DNA of 64,000 nt from Marine Group II euryarchaeote MED-G35 (GTDB lineage: Archaea; Thermoplasmatota; Poseidoniia; Poseidoniales; Thalassarchaeaceae): NCBI GenBank assembly GCA_002457155.1, contig NTJS01000004.1, positions 1,953 to 65,952 on the forward strand, given 5' to 3'. Shown piece by piece: positions 57,348 through 64,000 of this stretch (positions within the stretch are counted from its first letter, which is position 1; each line of letters opens with the position of its first letter). The notes under the pieces are model-generated. The model was not told where the DNA came from, ran no database searches, and saw only the letters and a program-made list of their open reading frames with translations. Position numbers and translations under genes: made by a program.

Positions 57348-57842
57348 GTGACAGAAGAGGCGCCGGATGACGAAACAGCGGCTACCGTTGAAGAGGAGAC
57401 TGACTTCGAGGCAATGGTTTCAGAACTTGAGAAGGAAATCCAGTATGCAAAGGCAGAGACAGCAAACGCCGTTCAGAGGGCAGCTAGAGATAGGTCAGAG
57501 GCACTGAAGTATGGGGGTGCGTCACTCGCCCGACGAATAATCTCTGCAATAGACCATCTATCCAAGGCAGTCGATGCATCCGAAGGGGAGCAGGGTGCTG
57601 AGTCAGTAATTGAGGGGGTGAGGCTGACTTTAGATGGTCTGAGGGCTTCTCTTGAGGCCGAGGGAATATCCCAAATCGACGCATTAGGGAAGAAATTCGA
57701 CCCTACATGCATGGAGGCTATCGCAACAATACCATGTCCGGAGGGAGAGGATCCAGGCAGCGTGATAGAAGTTATTGAGAGTGGTTACAGAATGCACGAT
57801 CGCATCCTTCGAGCATCCAGGGTCATTGTAGCCGAGGGCTAG
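57348..57842 (+). CDS. grpE: nucleotide exchange factor GrpE
   Basis: The N-terminus is an acidic coiled coil. 'AIDHLSKA' and the C-terminal 'GKKFDPTCMEAIA......GSVIEVIESGYRMHDRILRASRVIVA' are present. The start is GTG. Confidence 0.85.
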   Translation: MTEEAPDDETAATVEEETDFEAMVSELEKEIQYAKAETANAVQRAARDRSEALKYGGASLARRIISAIDHLSKAVDASEGEQGAESVIEGVRLTLDGLRASLEAEGISQIDALGKKFDPTCMEAIATIPCPEGEDPGSVIEVIESGYRMHDRILRASRVIVAEG

Positions 57843-57844
57843 TC

Positions 57845-58342
57845 GTGACCAAGAACCGACGTCTTCCCCTATTCGTATTCGGGATATTATCAGCATATCT
57901 GCTCTCAATCTTATCAATCCATATTGCAGCCCCAGATAATCCAATAGAACCGGAGAAATTCCCCACCAGTTGCCCAGAAGATTCGATCAATTGCTCAATG
58001 ATTGCTCCAAATCACCATAGAAGCGGAAATATTACTGAGATTAGAATCAATGCCAGTTTAGATGAAGTGATGGATGAAGTCAGAAAATGGGTTGATTCCC
58101 AATCAGGAACAACCACGATAGGCGATTGGCCAGAACAAACCCATGCCGTATTTAGAACGCTAATCCTGAGATTTCCAGATGATTTCGTGGTCAGAGGTTT
58201 CTGTGATAGTGGTGACAGTGTACTGCATGTTTACTCAAAGTCACGTCTCGGAATTTCTGACCTAGGCGTGAACAAAGCACGAGTCGAGAGCTTCGCCGAA
58301 CACATGATCAACGTCGAAATGGCTACATCAGAATGCGTCTAG
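57845..58342 (+). CDS. DUF1499-like membrane-anchored protein
   Basis: There is an N-terminal TM, then 'CPEDSINCS' and the C-terminal 'VYSKSRLGISDLGVNKARVESF', which resembles the DUF1499 signature (SR.G.sD.GvN..Rve). Confidence 0.5.
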   Translation: MTKNRRLPLFVFGILSAYLLSILSIHIAAPDNPIEPEKFPTSCPEDSINCSMIAPNHHRSGNITEIRINASLDEVMDEVRKWVDSQSGTTTIGDWPEQTHAVFRTLILRFPDDFVVRGFCDSGDSVLHVYSKSRLGISDLGVNKARVESFAEHMINVEMATSECV

Positions 58343-58360
58343 GAATGTTCGGCGCTTACC

Positions 58361-59416
58361 TTGTCCGCAATAATTGACCCAGATATTCGAAAGGCCCGCA
58401 CCCTCCCGTCAGCATTCTACACTGATGAAGGAAAATTCGAACAGATATTGGAAGGATTTGCCAATAATTGGCACTTCGCAGCCCACAAGAGCCAGCTATC
58501 GGGCAGGTCAGCAGTAGAGCTAGGCCATTTGGAGAGAATGATAGGAGAGTCAATAGTATTGGCAGGGGGGGATGAAATCAGATGCATGTCGAACGTTTGC
58601 ACCCATAGGGGGATGCTTTTGGTCGATGGCAGTTGCTCCAACAATACACTACAGTGCCCATATCACGGTCGAACCTTCGGATTGGACGGGAGGATGAAAT
58701 CGATGCCCGAATTCGACCAAGTCGAAGACTTCCCCACCACTCAAGATGACCTGAGGATATTCCCATCTCTGTTCTGGAAGGGACTGGTTTTCACCGGAAT
58801 CAAACCCTCTGGGATGGAAGCCTGCCTGGAAGAGATGGAAGGGAGAATTGGTTGGATGCCAATCGAGACATTCGATCACGACCTTTCTAGGAACAGGTGC
58901 TATGACATCAGAGCAAATTGGGCCCTATACGTTGACAACTACTTGGAGGGCTTCCACATACCATTCGTCCACAATGACCTCAATAGGGCGCTGGACTACG
59001 ACAATTACAGAACCGAGATATTCGATGGCGGAGTCCTGCAGATTGGAATTGCGAGTGAGGGAGAGCCAACTTTCGAGATTCCAGAGGAATCGCCAGATTT
59101 CGGGCTAAATGTGGCAGCATATTACTACTGGATATTTCCCGGTCTGATGCTCAACTTCTACCCATGGGGTCTTTCTGTTAACTTGGTCGTCCCGTTGTCA
59201 GTTGACCGCACTAGGGTGGAGTACCACGGATTTGTGTGGGACAAGAAATTCCTAGGCAAGGGTGCTGGGGGAGACTTGGACAAGGTTGAGGCAGAAGACC
59301 AGTACGTAGTAGAGTCCACTCAGAGAGGTGTGTCATCAGGATCTTATGAAAGAGGACGCTACTCTCCAACGAAGGAGACAGGTGTTCATCACTTCCACCG
59401 AATGCTAACTTCTTAG
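58361..59416 (+). CDS. Rieske [2Fe-2S] non-heme-iron oxygenase, alpha-subunit-like
   Basis: The Rieske motif is 'CTHRG...(17)...CPYHGRTF'. The mononuclear iron motif is 'DNYLEGFHIPFVH' (H-x4-H). The start is TTG, with no in-frame ATG nearby. Confidence 0.85.
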   Translation: MSAIIDPDIRKARTLPSAFYTDEGKFEQILEGFANNWHFAAHKSQLSGRSAVELGHLERMIGESIVLAGGDEIRCMSNVCTHRGMLLVDGSCSNNTLQCPYHGRTFGLDGRMKSMPEFDQVEDFPTTQDDLRIFPSLFWKGLVFTGIKPSGMEACLEEMEGRIGWMPIETFDHDLSRNRCYDIRANWALYVDNYLEGFHIPFVHNDLNRALDYDNYRTEIFDGGVLQIGIASEGEPTFEIPEESPDFGLNVAAYYYWIFPGLMLNFYPWGLSVNLVVPLSVDRTRVEYHGFVWDKKFLGKGAGGDLDKVEAEDQYVVESTQRGVSSGSYERGRYSPTKETGVHHFHRMLTS

Positions 59417-59457
59417 ATTCAATTCATAACTAATCGTCCATTCGTGTTGTAGTGCCC

Positions 59458-61491
59458 ATGTCTCGTCAAAGAACAATTGCAACTCTTCTTGTCTCTCTGT
59501 TGTTACTATCCGGGTGCCTAAGTGATGAAGCATCAGAGGATCCAGAAATTGAAGATTGCACAGGAGACTCCTGTGAAAACGAAAACACAGTCGTGGAAGA
59601 AGAGGTCATAGAGGAAGACATTCCTATATCCGGAACCAATTTCTGCGATAATACCAATCCGGACCATTGCCTTCTGCCATTCCCCTCCTCTGCATTCCTT
59701 GATTCCGATTCCGGAACCACTACTGGATATAGGTTGGACATCGACGGCCAAGCTATACCTGACTCAGCTTCTGCGCCATCCGAAGATTTCCATATGCTCG
59801 ATTTCAAGGATGGCCACTCCCCATCCACACAGGTATTTACAACATTTAGTAGCCTTCCAGATATCTCCGGACTCGCCTCTCAGGACTCCATTCACCTGTC
59901 TTCTCTCCCTGATCACAATAGTCTGCTGCTCAATATGGACACTGGCCAGATGACAGAACATTGGGTGGAAATCTCATCCCGTACACAGGAAGGCGAGCCA
60001 CCCCTAGTCCACGTTCGATCTCTCGGAGGGCTTGATCACAACACACAGTACGCAGTAGCATTCAGGGGACTGTCCGATGAGAACGGTGACCCCATCGAAC
60101 CATTCCCAGGATTCAAGGCGTTAAGGGACGGGCTAGTCACCGATAACCAACAGATTGAGTCACTCCGACCTAGCTACGAAACTATGTTCACTTCTCTTTC
60201 CGAGATTGGCTACGAAAGGCAGGATCTGATTAGTGCGTGGTGGTTTCACACGGCATCCACCCAATCAATTACGGGGGACATAATTTCCATGAGGAACGAT
60301 GCAACACAACGTCTGGGTGACAATGGGATAGGGTGCAATGTCACATCAGTGATTGAGAACTATGCTGAAGACAATACAACCCTCAGGAGAATAAGTGGGA
60401 CAATCACAACTCCTCACTATCTGGAATCGACCTACCCCCCTACTCCGATGACTCGTTCTGAGGATGGAACTCCCAAATTCAACTTCCTGACAGAGGTGGT
60501 CTTCACTGTGACCATCCCAATGTCTGCCGCAGAGTCCTCACAGCCAGCACCACTTGTTGTTCTAGGGCATGGTTTCCTAGGAAATGGGGAGGGCATGGTA
60601 TCGGGATTCAGAGGTTGGGCGAATGACTCGGGAGTAGCCACAATCGGAACCGACTTCAAGGGCTGGAGTTCAGACGGGGACTTCGATGCTGTCACCTTTG
60701 GATTGATGAATGTGAACTATCTACAGCACCAGTCTGAGAGACTCCAGCAATCTGTGATCAACCATCTCGCAATGATTACCACAATCAAAGGGGTCTGCTC
60801 CGATATCCCAGAATTCCACCACAACGGGGTAAACCTGGTAGACACTACAGATATCGATTACATGGGAGTCTCGCTAGGGGGAATTAGAGGCCCATCCATG
60901 CTTTCCCTAATCCCAGAAATTGACCGCGGAGTTCTTTGGGTGGCGGGTTCATCTTTCGGTTTTATTGCTGAGAGGTCCACTCAGTATACCCAATTCGAGG
61001 AGCTCTTCTCATCCCCTCTTGCTTACGAATCAACAATGGACAGATCCATACTGATTGCATTGATGCAGTCGATGTGGGACACTACCGAACCAGAAACCTA
61101 CCTCCCTTTCATTGACGGGGGCTTGGATGGGGAACTGCACCCTTACGAAGTCCTTTACGTGGTTTCAATCAACGATGCCCAAGTCACTACCCTATCAGCA
61201 GACCGTGCCTCAAGGACTTCGGGAATACCGGTACTCGCCAACTCCACCTATTACCCTCACGGTCTGGATATTGTCGATGCACCAGCTTCGGGATCAGCCA
61301 TCGTTTACTTCGATGGCAACTTCCCAGCCGTTCCTTCAGGAAACATACAGGGGCCAATGGCTTACCACTCTCTAGCGCATAATCAGGTGCTGGGATATGG
61401 TCCTGCAGTTGACTTGGCTACTGATTTCCTCTTGAGTGGCCAGATTACAGATACTTGCTCAGGAAAGTGCTACTTCGAAGGGACATGGTAG
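59458..61491 (+). CDS. secreted lipobox protein with alpha/beta-hydrolase-like core
   Basis: 'MSRQRTIATLLVSLLLLSGC' carries the lipobox LSGC. 'VVLGHGFLGNG' is present, along with the nucleophile-elbow-like 'YMGVSLGG' (GxSxG). The substrate is unknown. Confidence 0.5.
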   Translation: MSRQRTIATLLVSLLLLSGCLSDEASEDPEIEDCTGDSCENENTVVEEEVIEEDIPISGTNFCDNTNPDHCLLPFPSSAFLDSDSGTTTGYRLDIDGQAIPDSASAPSEDFHMLDFKDGHSPSTQVFTTFSSLPDISGLASQDSIHLSSLPDHNSLLLNMDTGQMTEHWVEISSRTQEGEPPLVHVRSLGGLDHNTQYAVAFRGLSDENGDPIEPFPGFKALRDGLVTDNQQIESLRPSYETMFTSLSEIGYERQDLISAWWFHTASTQSITGDIISMRNDATQRLGDNGIGCNVTSVIENYAEDNTTLRRISGTITTPHYLESTYPPTPMTRSEDGTPKFNFLTEVVFTVTIPMSAAESSQPAPLVVLGHGFLGNGEGMVSGFRGWANDSGVATIGTDFKGWSSDGDFDAVTFGLMNVNYLQHQSERLQQSVINHLAMITTIKGVCSDIPEFHHNGVNLVDTTDIDYMGVSLGGIRGPSMLSLIPEIDRGVLWVAGSSFGFIAERSTQYTQFEELFSSPLAYESTMDRSILIALMQSMWDTTEPETYLPFIDGGLDGELHPYEVLYVVSINDAQVTTLSADRASRTSGIPVLANSTYYPHGLDIVDAPASGSAIVYFDGNFPAVPSGNIQGPMAYHSLAHNQVLGYGPAVDLATDFLLSGQITDTCSGKCYFEGTW

Positions 61492-61500
61492 TCCTGGGGG

Positions 61501-62430
61501 TCAAACTCTCTCCGTCTTCTCTCCTGACGTCCAGTCGTAGATCCCTCTTCCTGACTTCTTCCCTAGATCGCCGGATTCGACCAGACTCTTCAGAAGTGGG
61601 TGGGGCTTGTATGAATCGTCCTGGAATGCCTCAGCCAAGCTGTTCAGGATGTCCATTCTGACATCAAGGCCAACTAGATCTGACAATTCCAGAGGTCCCA
61701 TTGGATGCCTGTATCCCAGGCACATCGCAGTGTCAATGTCACTTGCAGACGCCACACCCTCGGCAAGCATCCTTATCGCCTCATTACCCAGAACAACGCC
61801 AAGCCTACTTGTTGCGAATCCCGGCACGTCACTGACTAGTATGGTGGTCTTCCCCATCGCCTCTCCTACTTCCTTTGCAACAGACACGGTACGTTCGTCG
61901 ACTGCTTCGTGACGCACTATCTCCAGGAGTTTCATCAATGGTACTGGATTGAAGAAATGCATCCCTATCACCCTCTCGGGGCAACTAGTGTTTGCAGCAA
62001 TCTCAGAAATTGGTAGGCCAGACGTGTTCGTGGCGAGAATCGCATTTGGGGATGATAAGACCTCTAACTCTTCGAAAATTGACCTCTTCAGTCCCATCTT
62101 CTCCGGCACTGCTTCTATTACAATATCCGAGTCCCTCACTGCTTCTGACATCTCGCTGGTCGCAATCAGGTTGCCCCCCCACTCTTCCTTCTGTTCGGGA
62201 GTAGTCTTGCCCTTGGAAATCCCCTTCTCCCAGAACTCTTCTATATTCTTCATCCCCCTTTCTAGGGACTCCGGAAATGCATCGAATAGCCTGGTCTCCC
62301 AGCCAGTCTGGGCACAGACTTGGGCAATCCCAGAGCCCATCGTCCCTGCGCCGATAACAGCAACCCTGCGTATTGTCACGAGTGCCGGATGGTCTGCTGG
62401 GAAATAAGCAGTGCTAACCCTCACGGCCAT
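61501..62430 (-). CDS. hbd: 3-hydroxyacyl-CoA (3-hydroxybutyryl-CoA) dehydrogenase
   Basis: 'VAVIGAGTMGSGIAQV', 'AVPEKMGLK', 'TNTSGLPISEIA', 'GMHFFNPVP' and 'PGFATSRL' are present. Internal ATG 62430 is preferred over the track's 62475. Confidence 0.9.
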   Translation of the reverse strand: MAVRVSTAYFPADHPALVTIRRVAVIGAGTMGSGIAQVCAQTGWETRLFDAFPESLERGMKNIEEFWEKGISKGKTTPEQKEEWGGNLIATSEMSEAVRDSDIVIEAVPEKMGLKRSIFEELEVLSSPNAILATNTSGLPISEIAANTSCPERVIGMHFFNPVPLMKLLEIVRHEAVDERTVSVAKEVGEAMGKTTILVSDVPGFATSRLGVVLGNEAIRMLAEGVASASDIDTAMCLGYRHPMGPLELSDLVGLDVRMDILNSLAEAFQDDSYKPHPLLKSLVESGDLGKKSGRGIYDWTSGEKTERV

Positions 62431-62977
62431 ATGCTGCCAGAGCAGACTGGAACAGCCTCTGCCGAGGCACGTCATGCTCCAAGAAGCAAGTGAAGGGGGC
62501 TACGTCCTTCAGGAGCTCGATAGAAGAGACGTATGCTCCGTAGACGAATGGGTCTGCCTCCTGCATCTCTGGGATTTCAATCCCCAGCTTCCCCAGCCCC
62601 TTTCTGGTGTCATCGTCCCATATGGAGTATGTATGGTGGGTGAAATGTAGGTATGCGGAGAGCCTTCGCATGTCAGATCTCGCCTTGTCGGTCAGGCTCT
62701 CGATCAGAAGGGTGTCGGGATAGCGAATCGCATACAGTGATAGGAGGACTTCTCGTTGTGTCTCGGCCCTCCATGCTCGCTCTTCAAGGCCCATCCATCG
62801 GTCAATCATGTCAAGCATTTCTGGGTTGTATGGCCTATAGATCCGGTAGAGCAGGTTTTCGTATCCGCTCGGGTCCTGTCCCTCTGAGTGGTGATGCTCG
62901 TGGAATAGCTCGGTCAGCCTGTCGAAGAATGGCCGACAGAGGTCCTTGTCGAAAAGGGATAGAGCGACGTGCTGCAT
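62414..62977 (-). CDS. hypothetical protein (His-rich 'HEHHHSEG'), no family recognised
   Basis: This 187-aa ORF has an ATG start 15 nt downstream of the BoxB-like stop and a 17-nt overlap with the hbd start. Its composition looks like real coding sequence: helical and Arg/Glu/Leu/Tyr-rich. Confidence 0.45.
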   Translation of the reverse strand: MQHVALSLFDKDLCRPFFDRLTELFHEHHHSEGQDPSGYENLLYRIYRPYNPEMLDMIDRWMGLEERAWRAETQREVLLSLYAIRYPDTLLIESLTDKARSDMRRLSAYLHFTHHTYSIWDDDTRKGLGKLGIEIPEMQEADPFVYGAYVSSIELLKDVAPFTCFLEHDVPRQRLFQSALAAYGREG

Positions 62978-62992
62978 GGATATTTCTCCGTA

Positions 62993-64000
62993 CTAGTTGT
63001 CCTTCCATTCTCGGTACTGGATCCATTCCTGCTTCATGTAGTCGTTAAGCAGTCTTTCCTCGTCTTCGTCTGTTGGAAGGACTGTTGCTAGGTAGTCCTC
63101 CCACTCTTGGTCACTGCCATCGAAAGGTTCGCCCTCTACTGTGAAATTCTTTCCAGCGTATTTACCGATGCCTCTTTTGAATTTGTCCGAGGGGATGAAT
63201 AGCTCCGGCTCTCCTTCCTTGCGGGCTTTGCTGATCCTCCTCATCTCCTCACTCAGTTCTTGGAAGTATAGGTCCCTGCTAGCCTCGTTGAGGTGATCCC
63301 TGTCTGCAGAATCAGTCGCCTCCCTCTCATCATAACGGCCCTTAATTCCGTAGACGTAGGCCCATTGTGCGCTTGTCGAGTCATCGGTCCCGAACAAGTC
63401 TAGTCCTGTGCTGACCCATTTGTTTACGTATTTCTGGACAAGAGCACAGGGAATGACTCCCTGCTTCACTATCCTCCTGAGGCCATTGGCCCCTGTACCT
63501 AGGTGGAATGACTCCTCCTTTAGCATCGGACCCATGCTCGCTGCAAGCGGTTTGAAGGAGGAAGTGCTGAGCATCTTCAACTGATACTTCCCATCTCTGT
63601 CAATGAAGTGTGTGAACATGAAGAAGTCCAGCCAATGGTCTATTGGCTCGTTGAAAGACCCCAGGATTCTCGTCCCTTCCTGTGCGTTTCTCTCTAGGAG
63701 CTTCGCGGCTTCCCTGACTCCCTGTTCCCCGAAGAATGTGCAAAGTAGGTAGGCCATTTGCCATCCATGCCTCTGTTCTTCACACATGATTCTGAGTGCA
63801 GACTTCTTGTCGTACTCAGTTGGCGCTGTTTCCAGAAGATGATTCTGCTGCTCGACACTAGCAAACTCAGTGTCACCTTGGACACTAACCATGGTGATTA
63901 TCGCATCCATGATGTTCTGTTGGGGGATTTGCATCCTCCGATTCCACTTAGGCATGCCCTCGAAATCACCGAACTCTATCTCATTGCCCGCAGTGTCCCA
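62993..64000 (-). CDS. boxB: BoxB-like di-iron acyl-CoA epoxidase (benzoyl-CoA 2,3-epoxidase subunit B family); 5' end beyond window
   Basis: The frame stays open upstream of the track's ATG to nt 64000. 'QGDTEFASVEQQ', 'EEQRHGWQMAYLL', 'FFMFTHFIDRDGKYQL' and 'LKEESFHLGTG' match, in order and spacing, the di-iron ligand regions of BoxB as I recall them ('QGDTEPASVEQQ','EEGRHLW','DRDGKFQL','TEEAHHLF'). Confidence 0.72.
   Translation of the reverse strand, partial: WDTAGNEIEFGDFEGMPKWNRRMQIPQQNIMDAIITMVSVQGDTEFASVEQQNHLLETAPTEYDKKSALRIMCEEQRHGWQMAYLLCTFFGEQGVREAAKLLERNAQEGTRILGSFNEPIDHWLDFFMFTHFIDRDGKYQLKMLSTSSFKPLAASMGPMLKEESFHLGTGANGLRRIVKQGVIPCALVQKYVNKWVSTGLDLFGTDDSTSAQWAYVYGIKGRYDEREATDSADRDHLNEASRDLYFQELSEEMRRISKARKEGEPELFIPSDKFKRGIGKYAGKNFTVEGEPFDGSDQEWEDYLATVLPTDEDEERLLNDYMKQEWIQYREWKDN

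Noticed and set aside
1-64000. CRISPR arrays, rRNA genes, IS elements, prophage or toxin-antitoxin modules
   Set aside because: I saw no regularly spaced direct repeats, no non-coding gap over 150 nt other than the ambiguous 54113-54500, no transposase/integrase/capsid-like ORFs, and no small paired ORFs with TA-like features.

Overview
The window is a compact chromosomal segment, well over 90% coding, with about 54 protein genes, one tRNA-Gly(GCC), and no rRNA, CRISPR array, transposase or integrase that I could find. The gene content is archaeal: thermosome, ABCE1, Bud32 kinase, short archaeal-type triosephosphate isomerase, an AEP primase small subunit, and a tRNA with an A discriminator. 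Many genes look bacterial-like: DnaK/GrpE, a bacterial-type ThrRS, PPK2, beta-oxidation enzymes and peptidases. There are also very large secreted, membrane-anchored acidic proteins. By inference only, this fits a marine planktonic heterotrophic euryarchaeote (Marine Group II / Poseidoniales-like). I see no recognisable defence or mobile system. The items most worth a second look are: (1) a BoxB-type di-iron acyl-CoA epoxidase homologue at the right edge, followed by an unassignable His-rich ORF and a 3-hydroxyacyl-CoA dehydrogenase; (2) two adjacent squalene/phytoene-synthase-family genes, the second with an unexplained N-terminal extension of about 95 aa; (3) a PAP2_3-type lipid head-group transferase domain fused to a large extracellular beta-rich domain; (4) a primase with a non-canonical C-terminal half, next to a membrane zinc-finger protein and a 930-aa SF2 helicase; (5) a shared 'TM helix + RNSxxE-COOH' tail on two unrelated secreted proteins; (6) a mirror-image 15-nt leader in front of both start codons of a divergent gene pair; (7) all 12 convergent junctions having at most 9 nt of spacer, three of them sharing a CTAG double stop. 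All functional calls rest on motif recognition by eye and no database search was run. Where an internal ATG fits the family N-terminus better, I moved the start from the ORF track, so start codons are less certain than stops.
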